The translations under genes and the position numbers were made by a program. This document shows positions 9,329-17,954 of a stretch of DNA of 64,000 nucleotides, piece by piece (positions within the stretch are counted from its first letter, which is position 1; each line of letters starts with the position of its first letter). The notes under the pieces were generated by a model. That model was not told the origin of the DNA. It did not search any database and worked only from the letters and a program-made list of their open reading frames with translations. The stretch comes from Candidatus Latescibacterota bacterium (lineage in GTDB: Bacteria > Latescibacterota > UBA2968 > UBA8231). Location: positions 1,056,001 to 1,120,000 of the forward strand of contig CBDFJF010000002.1 in NCBI GenBank assembly GCA_965248265.1, read 5' to 3'.

Positions 9329-11239
9329 CTACTGATACGGCACTGGTATCTCGTCCCCATGCCAGGGGAAGGCATACGTAGGACGATTCGCAAAGCGGCG
9401 CATGCCCACATCGACCCGGATGGAGGTTGAGGGTGGCAGCTGGACGGCGAAGTATTTCGAGTTCACGGGCACGGTTCCTTCGTCATGGGTCAGGTCGATG
9501 AACTCGTGTTCGGCGAAAGCCCCGGCCTGCACGATCAGGTTTCGCGTCTCACTGGGATTCAGGTTGACCAGCTGAATACCTGCGCTGTCGGCGCCCAGTT
9601 TGTCGACCAGGGCGGCCACGTCGGGCGGCAGGCCGGGCCGGGTGCGGTCTGAATCGAAATAACGCACGGTCGCGCGCAGGAGGCCGCCCGTGTACACGGA
9701 TTGCGGCGCGCCCATCTGCACCTGCGTCAAGCCCTTGGTGTAGACGGGATCCGGAGTACCGACGTTTTCCTCGATCAGGGTCAGGGGATCGCGGGTTTCG
9801 TTCTGGATCATGTCGAAGTCCCTCCGGGCATTCTCGTACTCAGCCTGAAGGATCTTCATCGGCCAGTCCGGATTCTTGCCGTCGTAGTACTGGAAGCGGG
9901 CCATTTCGGTGTCGGCGTAACTTTTCTCACCCAGGACCGGCACGTGGTTCCAATCACGCATCTTGTCCGTATCCCGAATTCGGACGATGAGGTCGTAGTC
10001 CTCCTCAGCCATCGAAGCGTGGTACAGATGGGCTAATTCCTGCATCCGATACGGCACGAACCTGCCCTTCTCATACTCGTAATCCTCCCTCGTGTACTCC
10101 CAGCCATCGTGGCCATAGCGGGACGGCAACAGCAACTGGCCGTCCTCGCGAAAGATGGCGTTGTCCATGAGGAGCTTGATCTGAGAGCGCAGCAGGTCCA
10201 GATAGCCATAGTCGCCGGTGAGCAGGAGAGCGCATTCAACGGCAATCGCCAGCGAACTGAACATGATATAGTGACCGACGAAGGTGTTCCAGCCATAGAG
10301 CCCGCCCCACCACAGGCCCTGCCGCTGCTCACCGATCTGCCCGGTAGGTCCAACGTTATCTGGTAGAATCCCGCCGTTTTTTTCCTTGCGCTCCATCCAC
10401 ACCTCCGTGTAGTCGAGGACCCACTGCTTGTACTTGTCCTCGCCAGTGTAGAGGTAGGCGTTGGTGATGAGGGCGGTGGAAGCCAGACTATGAGGGACGT
10501 CCCCGTTGAGGACGATGTCGTCGAACAGTTTCAGGATCTCATCCCGGCGCTGGGGGTTCTCGAACCAGTTGCCCTCCAGATCCGCCACCGCTACCACCGG
10601 GTCCAAGGTGGCCCGCACTTTGTAGGGACGGTAGCCCTTCTCATAGCCTGTTTCCCCGCCTTGAAGCCAGGTGATGACGTTGTCGACGGTGGCGTGGCGC
10701 ATGGGGCCGACACTGGTCGGTATGGGGCTGCGCAGGATCTTGTAGCGAGGATCGTAATTGGGAGCTTCGGGGTCTTCATCCATGAACATGGCAGCAAATC
10801 GCTTGGAGCGGCGCACGTTTTCCGAGATCGTGGGGTCGGCCAGGCCGAAGTGGTAGAAGGCGGTGTTGCCCTCACCCTGGTGGTACCATTCGTTCGCACC
10901 CGCAGCGGCCAGGTTGTAGTATTCGTTGTGGACCTGAGGTTCAAACCGGGGATGGACGCGACTGACGATGTCGTCAGCGAAGAAGCGGGTGGTCGCGTTC
11001 CACGACTGCAACCCGAGATCTAGCACTCGTCGGTCTGCCCCCATGGCGTAGAACAGGCCCCAGTTGTAAACCCGTTCGTAGAGGTCGTCGACATCGTCGG
11101 CGTAGTAAAAGGCCCCGCCCCTTTCCGCGTACTTGTCGACCATGGGCTGAACGGCGTCCTCCATGAGTTTCATCAGCTTGCGTTGCAACAGCGCCCATCC
11201 AGTGGGCGGTGAAACTCGGGTTGCTTTGATCTCAATCAT
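9329..11239 (-). CDS. Uncharacterised ~630-aa protein (probable alpha/alpha-barrel enzyme), paralog of 44932-46782
   Basis: Long ORF with GC-rich codon usage. Shares PPxWAxxQR, DDxYE, HxGE, NAYLYTGxDKYKQW, PDNVGPTGxIGE, WWGGxYGW and RPGLPP with its paralog. Confidence 0.8.
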   Translation of the reverse strand: MIEIKATRVSPPTGWALLQRKLMKLMEDAVQPMVDKYAERGGAFYYADDVDDLYERVYNWGLFYAMGADRRVLDLGLQSWNATTRFFADDIVSRVHPRFEPQVHNEYYNLAAAGANEWYHQGEGNTAFYHFGLADPTISENVRRSKRFAAMFMDEDPEAPNYDPRYKILRSPIPTSVGPMRHATVDNVITWLQGGETGYEKGYRPYKVRATLDPVVAVADLEGNWFENPQRRDEILKLFDDIVLNGDVPHSLASTALITNAYLYTGEDKYKQWVLDYTEVWMERKEKNGGILPDNVGPTGQIGEQRQGLWWGGLYGWNTFVGHYIMFSSLAIAVECALLLTGDYGYLDLLRSQIKLLMDNAIFREDGQLLLPSRYGHDGWEYTREDYEYEKGRFVPYRMQELAHLYHASMAEEDYDLIVRIRDTDKMRDWNHVPVLGEKSYADTEMARFQYYDGKNPDWPMKILQAEYENARRDFDMIQNETRDPLTLIEENVGTPDPVYTKGLTQVQMGAPQSVYTGGLLRATVRYFDSDRTRPGLPPDVAALVDKLGADSAGIQLVNLNPSETRNLIVQAGAFAEHEFIDLTHDEGTVPVNSKYFAVQLPPSTSIRVDVGMRRFANRPTYAFPWHGDEIPVPYQ

Positions 11240-11354
11240 CTGGCCTCGCCCTCTCTCAATCCGATCGTTATGTGTTGCGGTCCGGAGGCGTCAGCAGCAA
11301 CAAAGGCCTGCTTGTTTTTGCACAACATCGTTGACGACGATGTAGGGTAGTAAA

Positions 11355-12263
11355 TTACACTGCGCCCTTACCGGCAATTGTAATAATTGTGCCACTTCTT
11401 TTGAGCAACTTTTCTAGTACAACAATAGGTAAGCAGAGTATTGCAAGAAAAGCGCCAATCATAAGATTGATTACATTGACCAAACGACTATGACCTGTTT
11501 CTTTGCCCCTCAGATAATTGAAAAAAACATTTTGAAATTTAAAGATGCAGTTGAGGGCACTTTGGACCCAACCAAGAAGATCATACTCTAATTCCTGATA
11601 ACGCTGATACTGCACAACAAATCCTTTTGTTTTTAGACAGTACTGTAACGACGAGGCATCAAGATGATATAGATGGCGTGGAACATCAAGATGAAACCAT
11701 TTACTCTTGAAAACTTTGGATTGCAAGCTGCTGTTATTTGGTACAGCAATAATCAATATTCCACCAGGCTTAAGTACTCTATGGATTTGGCTAATCATAG
11801 TGCCTATATCTTGCATATGTTCCAATGTATGCCACATTGTAATACAATCGAATGGTGCGCAATTAAATAGCTCATCGACATTTCTCTTCACGATAAACTC
11901 TTTTGTCGATTCTAACTTCGGATCTATCTCTATGCCCGTTACCTCCCACCCTGAACGATTAATTGCCTTAAGGAACGATCCATCACCACATCCGATATCA
12001 AGCAGCCTATTACCATTGCTGTCTTTCGTCGCTAAGAATACCAATCTCATGCGTCGTCCCATGCAGTAGCTTTCTGTGAAGCCATGTCGATTGCCATAAT
12101 AGGATTTGTCGTAGTATTTCATTAAGACCTCTGGTTGAGGAAAAGTATGACCGAGGCCGCACTTGCTACATCTATATTTGGAAAAACATTCGTTTGTCAT
12201 TGAATCCTGAACCCTTGGGTATTGGATAACTAGTTCACTCCCACAAAGATTACAGGTAGGCAT
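11355..12263 (-). CDS. Class I SAM-dependent methyltransferase with N-terminal CxxC..CxxC
   Basis: CNLCG..CSKCG, LLDIGCGDG, FDCITMWHTLEH, LKPGG and DVPRHLYH. AT-rich. Confidence 0.85.
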   Translation of the reverse strand: MPTCNLCGSELVIQYPRVQDSMTNECFSKYRCSKCGLGHTFPQPEVLMKYYDKSYYGNRHGFTESYCMGRRMRLVFLATKDSNGNRLLDIGCGDGSFLKAINRSGWEVTGIEIDPKLESTKEFIVKRNVDELFNCAPFDCITMWHTLEHMQDIGTMISQIHRVLKPGGILIIAVPNNSSLQSKVFKSKWFHLDVPRHLYHLDASSLQYCLKTKGFVVQYQRYQELEYDLLGWVQSALNCIFKFQNVFFNYLRGKETGHSRLVNVINLMIGAFLAILCLPIVVLEKLLKRSGTIITIAGKGAV

Positions 12264-12349
12264 GCCTAAGTATTTGGCTTTACTATGAGTATCGTTCGCC
12301 ATAACTAGCAACTAGCATAAAGCTTCTTATACAGTAAGAAAGATCTTCG

Positions 12350-13108
12350 ATGTATAAAGACAAGAAAGTTACAGTAATTATGCCGGCCTACAATGCAGAA
12401 GAGACTCTAGTTAAGACGTGTAGTGAAGTATTAGAAGAAGATATAGTTGACTTGGTGTTGTTAGTCGATGATGCAAGCAGGGACAATACCGTTGCAATAG
12501 CTAAGACGATTTCAGATAAAATCGAAGTTCATTGTCATGATAAAAATTCCGGATACGGAGCGAACCAGAAAACCTGCTACAGGCTTGCACTTGAGAAGGG
12601 CTCAGATATTGTAATAATGGTCCATCCAGACTATCAATATACACCGAAATTAATTCCCGCAATGACGGCTTTAATAGGTAGCAATCTTTACCACTGTATA
12701 CTCGGATCCCGGATACTGGGAGGACTCGCTCTACGCTCGGGAATGCCTTTTTGGAGATATATTAGCAATCGATTTCTGACCCTTGTAGAAAACATATTCC
12801 TCCGGGCCAAATTGTCAGAATATCATACTGGGTATAGAGCTTACTCACGTGAACTCCTCCAAAAATTACCAATTCATGCCAATTCCAACGATTTTGTTTT
12901 CGACAACCAAGTGCTTGTCCAGACCATATGGTATGGCTATACGATCGCGGAAATCAGTTGCCCAACTAAATATTTCGCTGAAGCATCTTCAATCAATTTT
13001 ATCCGCAGTACGAAATACGGTATTGGATGCATGTTGACAACACTGGAATTCATCCTTGCGAAATATTGTTCACGGTATTCGAAAAGATTTCCAGATCTCA
13101 AGAGTTGA
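12350..13108 (+). CDS. GT2 glycosyltransferase (polyprenol-phosphate mannose synthase-like)
   Basis: VIMPAYNAE, VDDASRD, NSGYGANQK, HPDYQY and EYHTGYRAY. Confidence 0.9.
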   Translation: MYKDKKVTVIMPAYNAEETLVKTCSEVLEEDIVDLVLLVDDASRDNTVAIAKTISDKIEVHCHDKNSGYGANQKTCYRLALEKGSDIVIMVHPDYQYTPKLIPAMTALIGSNLYHCILGSRILGGLALRSGMPFWRYISNRFLTLVENIFLRAKLSEYHTGYRAYSRELLQKLPIHANSNDFVFDNQVLVQTIWYGYTIAEISCPTKYFAEASSINFIRSTKYGIGCMLTTLEFILAKYCSRYSKRFPDLKS

Positions 13109-13118
13109 GTACTTCGCA

Positions 13119-14969
13119 ATGAACGTTCCAAGTTGTGAGCTAAATAGAAGATATTTTTACCTAGTAGGTCTACTCCTCGCCGTAACAACACTTGCTGTTT
13201 ACTGGCAAGTGCTGGGCAATGGTTTTGTTAGCTATGATGATGGTATGTATGTCACAGAGAACATTCGTGTTCAGGAAGGTGTGACCTTTGATAACTTGAT
13301 CTGGGCATTCATCTCTTCGGACGCGAGCAACTGGCATCCTCTTACATGGATTTCCCATATGATCGACTGCCAGCTGTACGGTCTGAATCCGTGGGGTCAT
13401 CACCTTACCAGTCTATTGTTTCATGTGGCCAACACGCTTCTGCTGTTGCTGATTCTTGTACGCATGACCGGCGCGTTGTGGCAAAGCTCTCTTGTCGCAG
13501 CGTTATTCGCCCTCCATCCCCTGCATGTGGAATCCGTTGCCTGGGTGGCAGAGCGGAAGGACGTCCTTAGCACATTTTTCATGATGCTGACTCTATGGTC
13601 TTACATGCGCTATGTCAAAAAGGGTGAAGGCAAGAGATATTTGCTGGTAGCTCTGCTCTTTATGTTTGGTCTCATGTCTAAGCCCATGCTTGTTAGTCTG
13701 CCTTTCATACTGCTAATGCTGGACTTCTGGCCGCTTGGACGTGTTTGCCTTTTGCGCGATACCCGAAGTGGGGTAGCTGGTCAACTGATAGATGTGAGAT
13801 TGGACATATACCGGCTGGTGTTGGAGAAAATTCCTCTCTTTGCTCTCGCCGTGAGTTCAAGTGTGGTTACGATTATCGTTCAAGAGCGTGGCGGGGCTGT
13901 ACAACTACTAGAGTCGTATTCCCTTCAGACGCGTATTATTAACGCATTTGCGGCATATATCGAATATATAGTGAGTATGGTCTGGCCTGTGAACTTGGTG
14001 GTGCTTTACCCTCATCCGGGCGATAGTCTACCGGTCTGGAAAGGTGTAGTTGCAGGATTTGCGCTGGCATTCGTAACAATATTGGTTATCCGTAAAGCCC
14101 GGGAAATCCCATATCTTGCCGTTGGGTGGTTCTGGTATGTTGTAACTCTAATTCCGGTGATTGGTATATTGCAGGTGGGTTCGCAGGCGATGGCGGACCG
14201 ATACACGTATATAAGTCTAATAGGATTATTTATTATTATTGCCTGGGGAGCAAATGATCAGTTGTCAAAATGGCCTCACCGAAGAATATGGCTTGGTACA
14301 TTAGCAGCTGTCATTCTTCCGGTTTCAATGGTATTGACATGGAAGCAAGTCCAATATTGGAAGAACAGTATTACACTTTTTACCCATACTCTTGAGCACA
14401 CCTCTAATAATTCCATGATGCACTATAATCTAGGCACTGTTCTGGGCGAACAGGGTAAAATGGAGGAAGCGATCGAACAATTTTTGGAAGTCCTGCGATT
14501 AAGGCCTGATTACGCGGACGCACATAATAATCTGGGTGTTGCTCTTGTCAATCAGGATCGAACAGAGGAAGCGATCGAGCAATTTTTGGAAGTCCTGCGA
14601 CTAAAGCCTGATTACGTGGACGCACATAACAGCCTGGGCGTTGCACTTGGCAGGCTTGGTCGAACAGAAGAAGCGGTCGAGCATTATTCGAATGCCCTGC
14701 GATTAAGGCCTGATTATGTGGACGCGCATAACAATCTAGGTGTTACTCTTGTCAGTCAGGGTCGGCCAGAAGAAGCGATCGAGCATTTTTTGCAAGTTCT
14801 GCGATTAAGGCCAGATTACGCGGACGCACATAACAGCCTAGGCGTTGCGCTTGTTAATAATGGTAAAATTGAAGAAGCAATTGATCAATTTAGAAAAGCG
14901 TTGAGTATCAATCCCAACAGTGTCAACGCAAAAAAAAATCTGAAAAAAGTAATGATGATGCAACAATAA
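13119..14969 (+). CDS. TMTC-like GT-C membrane protein with C-terminal TPR repeats
   Basis: FVSYDD..YV, NWHPLTW, LFALHPLHVESVAWVAERKD and MADRYTY, multiple TM helices and five TPR units. Confidence 0.85.
   Translation: MNVPSCELNRRYFYLVGLLLAVTTLAVYWQVLGNGFVSYDDGMYVTENIRVQEGVTFDNLIWAFISSDASNWHPLTWISHMIDCQLYGLNPWGHHLTSLLFHVANTLLLLLILVRMTGALWQSSLVAALFALHPLHVESVAWVAERKDVLSTFFMMLTLWSYMRYVKKGEGKRYLLVALLFMFGLMSKPMLVSLPFILLMLDFWPLGRVCLLRDTRSGVAGQLIDVRLDIYRLVLEKIPLFALAVSSSVVTIIVQERGGAVQLLESYSLQTRIINAFAAYIEYIVSMVWPVNLVVLYPHPGDSLPVWKGVVAGFALAFVTILVIRKAREIPYLAVGWFWYVVTLIPVIGILQVGSQAMADRYTYISLIGLFIIIAWGANDQLSKWPHRRIWLGTLAAVILPVSMVLTWKQVQYWKNSITLFTHTLEHTSNNSMMHYNLGTVLGEQGKMEEAIEQFLEVLRLRPDYADAHNNLGVALVNQDRTEEAIEQFLEVLRLKPDYVDAHNSLGVALGRLGRTEEAVEHYSNALRLRPDYVDAHNNLGVTLVSQGRPEEAIEHFLQVLRLRPDYADAHNSLGVALVNNGKIEEAIDQFRKALSINPNSVNAKKNLKKVMMMQQ
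14420..14930 (+). repeat. Five 102-bp tandem TPR-coding repeats
   Basis: GAAGC(G/A) anchor at 14466, 14568, 14670, 14772 and 14874. Near-identical AGGCCTGATTA..GGACGCACATAA blocks. Confidence 0.85.
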
Positions 14970-14979
14970 AAAATAGACG

Positions 14980-15046
14980 ATCAACCTGGTGCGCTATCAC
15001 GGGGGTGTTGGCACCCAATGCCGCCGCTCGAAAACAGATTGTGCCG
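14980..15046 (+). mobile_element. Short IS91/ISCR-family transposase fragment
   Basis: INLVRYHG/VLAPNAAARKQIVP (one extra G in the G-run), the conserved RYHGVLAPNA motif. It begins 10 bp after the TMTC stop. Confidence 0.75.
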
Positions 15047-15201
15047 TTTCCAGCAAGACAATCACAGGGCAGGCTCCACTGGTCTTCTTTGACGACTGCC
15101 AACAGTGTATTCCTGGCCACCTGAGGCATCATCGTACTTGCGGCATACAGCAATTCATGGCCGCGTCCCGTGTCCATGAGCTCCAGGGATACGCTGCGGG
15201 G

Positions 15202-16551
15202 TCACGCCAGGCGGTGAAACCCGGATCGTTTTTCTGGTCCACCGATTCTCTGCTCGATGTCGCCGGCGTGGATGGCCTCGGCGAGCTCCGCCATGACGGG
15301 CTCGGCGGCCTCCAGAAACGCGTCGACATGGCGATCTTCATGCGCCAGCATGGGATAGATTCCCGCGATTGAGAGAAACCCGCGCTCCAGCATGCGCGCG
15401 GTCCAGAGCGTGAAGAAGGCGTTGGATTCGGGATGGTCTATGCTGAAGTACATGAGGCACGGATGGCATGAGAACGACCACGGCACTTTGTGTGCCTGCG
15501 CCAGTTTCGCCAGACCGTCCCGCACTCGGGTGCCGATGCGGGCAAGGTGAGCGGGCACATCGAGGCGCATGTGCTTCTTGACGGCTGCCAGAGCCGCGGC
15601 CGGACCGACGGCCTCACTCCAGTACGCGCTCGAGATAAAGGTTTCGTGGAAACCGCTCATGGCGTCGGCCTTACCGAGAACGGCCGCCATGGGATGTCCA
15701 TTGCCGAGCGACTTGGCGAAGACCGCCATGTCGGGCCACACTCCGTAGTTGAGATGCGAGCCGCCGCGACAGAGCTTCCAGCTGATCGTGATCTCGTCGA
15801 ATATCAAGCGGGCCCCGCAGTGATCGGCCAGCTCACGTGCGCCTTCGAGGAACCGGGGCTCCGGCTCGGAGTTGCGGGTGGTCTCCAGCACGATGGCGGC
15901 CAGCTCGGATCCGTGTGTGTCGACGATCGCCTTGAGGTCATCAAGCTGGTTGTACGCGAACGGCAACGTCATACCGCCCAGACCGCGTGGGACACCGGCC
16001 GGCTCCAGGCCCGGCAACAGGTGCCAGTCGCCAAGTCGATCGGCCGTCGTGCCGTCCTGGTTGGGCATGTTGGCGGCCAGGTACCAGTCGTGCCATCCAT
16101 GGTAACCGCAAAACGCGACCTTGTCGCGCCGCGTGCTCGCGCGTGCGATGCGAACGGCGATGGTCATGGTCTCGCCGCCCAGGCGGCCAAAGCGGACGTG
16201 TTCGGCCCAGGGATGAAGCTCCAACAGCAGCTGGGCGAGCTCGACTTCTTCGGGCGGGTTCAGCGCGCACATCGATCCATCCTGCACGCGCCGCACGACG
16301 GCTTCGGTGACATCGGGGTCGGCGTATCCGAGCGCAGTGGCGCCAACGCCACACTGCCCCATGTCCACGTAGGTCTGACCGTCGAGGTCGGTGACCTCGC
16401 ATCCCTGCGCCTTGACGGCGTAAGGCGGCCACTGCTCGGGGGCACGAAGCTCTTGCCGGAACCCGAACAGCCCGGTCGCACCGGGAATCAAACGCTTCGC
16501 TTTGTCGTACAACGCCTGCCCGGCGGGAATCGTGTGGCTCGAGGGTTTCAT
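15202..16551 (-). CDS. Class III PLP aminotransferase (glutamate-1-semialdehyde aminomutase-like)
   Basis: CGYHGWHDW, LIFDEIT and FAKSLGNG (PLP Lys). AGGAG RBS upstream of the ATG at 16551. Confidence 0.85.
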   Translation of the reverse strand: MKPSSHTIPAGQALYDKAKRLIPGATGLFGFRQELRAPEQWPPYAVKAQGCEVTDLDGQTYVDMGQCGVGATALGYADPDVTEAVVRRVQDGSMCALNPPEEVELAQLLLELHPWAEHVRFGRLGGETMTIAVRIARASTRRDKVAFCGYHGWHDWYLAANMPNQDGTTADRLGDWHLLPGLEPAGVPRGLGGMTLPFAYNQLDDLKAIVDTHGSELAAIVLETTRNSEPEPRFLEGARELADHCGARLIFDEITISWKLCRGGSHLNYGVWPDMAVFAKSLGNGHPMAAVLGKADAMSGFHETFISSAYWSEAVGPAAALAAVKKHMRLDVPAHLARIGTRVRDGLAKLAQAHKVPWSFSCHPCLMYFSIDHPESNAFFTLWTARMLERGFLSIAGIYPMLAHEDRHVDAFLEAAEPVMAELAEAIHAGDIEQRIGGPEKRSGFHRLA

Positions 16552-16667
16552 CGGCTCCGGTCTCCTTGTCGCACTTCGTGACTGCCGGCGAAATAACCGC
16601 AAAAGGGGATCGGATCGTCAAGCAGGCGAGGCTCGAGTCACTCGACGCACATCGAGCTTCGGTATCC

Positions 16668-17921
16668 ATGCTGGATGCCTATGTGCGGGATCTGTGGGGT
16701 TTCGACCGCAACGTCCGACTCTACCTCATCAGCGGCGCGCTGGTCGGGTTTGCCGCGGCGGGTGGCATATACACGGTTCTCTCGAATCTCTACATCCTGA
16801 GGCTGGGGTACGGTTTCGAGCTGGTGGGGTCGGTCAATGCGGTCGGCGCCTTCGCCTATTCCCTGTTCTGTCTTCCCGCCGGCGCCATGGGCAGACGGTG
16901 GGGTACCCGCCGCATGATGGTGATCGGCATGGTGCTGATCACGGTGGGCAACGGCATGCTGCCCATGGCGGAACTCATGCACGAGTCGTGGCGGGCCGAA
17001 TGGCTCGTCCTGGGCCGGGTGCCCAGGGCGTTCGGCTTCGCCCTGTATCTCGTCAACGGCAGCCCGTTTCTGATCGCCGCCACAGAAAGAGCCAGGCGTC
17101 ATCATGTGTTCTCGGTGCAAGCGTCGATGCAGCCGCTGGCCGCCGTGGCCGGCAGTGTGGCCGGAGGCCTACTGCCCGGATTGTTCGCGGTGGTTCTCGA
17201 TGTGGGACTGGACCAGGCCGCCCCGTACCGCTACCCCCTGGTACTGGCATCGCTCCTTCTGATCCCCGCGGTAATGGCTCTGTGGGCGACCCGGGGAGTG
17301 GAGCCGCCTGCAGGCACTGCCGCCACCGCCGACACGGCTCCGATCCCCACCGGCCCCGTGGTCTGCGTCACCGTGGTCGCTTTTCTCGTGACCGTCGGCC
17401 TGGCGGTAACGCAGACGTTCTTCAACGTGTATATGGACGACGGACTGCAGCAGTCCACAGCGCTGATCGGCCTGCTGATCGCAGCGGCTCAGCTCGTCAG
17501 CGGCGTCGCCGCTCTGGCGTCCCCGATGATCGCGGCTCGATGGGGCAAGGTACCGGCCATCGGAGTGGCGTCGCTGGCGACGGCCGTGTTTCTGCTGCCG
17601 CTGGCCTTCATCCCGAACTGGGTCGCCGTCGGTCTTGGATGCATTGGCGTGTTCGCCATGACAGCCTTGCGGAACCCACTGTTCACCGTCTTCGGGCAGG
17701 AGATGGTTGCCGCCCGGTGGCGGCCGACGATCTCGGCGGCGATGTCGATGGCTGCCGGACTGAGCTACGCCGGCGTCGCTATCGCAGGCGGTTATCTGAT
17801 TCCCGTTTTCGGTTACACTGCCTGCTTCGGCCTGTCAGCTGTTGTGGTCGCTGCAGGAGCACTTCTCTTCGTGATCTATTTTCGGATTCCTCGCGGCGAG
17901 CACGCCGGCGGGAGGTCCTGA
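16668..17921 (+). CDS. MFS transporter
   Basis: About 12 hydrophobic segments, with motif A-like GAMGRRWGTRR and IAARWGK. Confidence 0.85.
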   Translation: MLDAYVRDLWGFDRNVRLYLISGALVGFAAAGGIYTVLSNLYILRLGYGFELVGSVNAVGAFAYSLFCLPAGAMGRRWGTRRMMVIGMVLITVGNGMLPMAELMHESWRAEWLVLGRVPRAFGFALYLVNGSPFLIAATERARRHHVFSVQASMQPLAAVAGSVAGGLLPGLFAVVLDVGLDQAAPYRYPLVLASLLLIPAVMALWATRGVEPPAGTAATADTAPIPTGPVVCVTVVAFLVTVGLAVTQTFFNVYMDDGLQQSTALIGLLIAAAQLVSGVAALASPMIAARWGKVPAIGVASLATAVFLLPLAFIPNWVAVGLGCIGVFAMTALRNPLFTVFGQEMVAARWRPTISAAMSMAAGLSYAGVAIAGGYLIPVFGYTACFGLSAVVVAAGALLFVIYFRIPRGEHAGGRS

Positions 17922-17954
17922 CACACCACCATAGACTGCCAATCTCGTTTCACA

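Noticed and set aside
14420-14930. Regularly spaced DNA repeats as CRISPR or DGR template/variable repeats
   Set aside because: The 102-bp period equals 34-aa TPR units in frame. No reverse transcriptase is present.
15202-16551. Calling this gene hemL
   Set aside because: Class III motifs only. No tetrapyrrole context, and the CGYHGWHDW subtype is often sugar-related.
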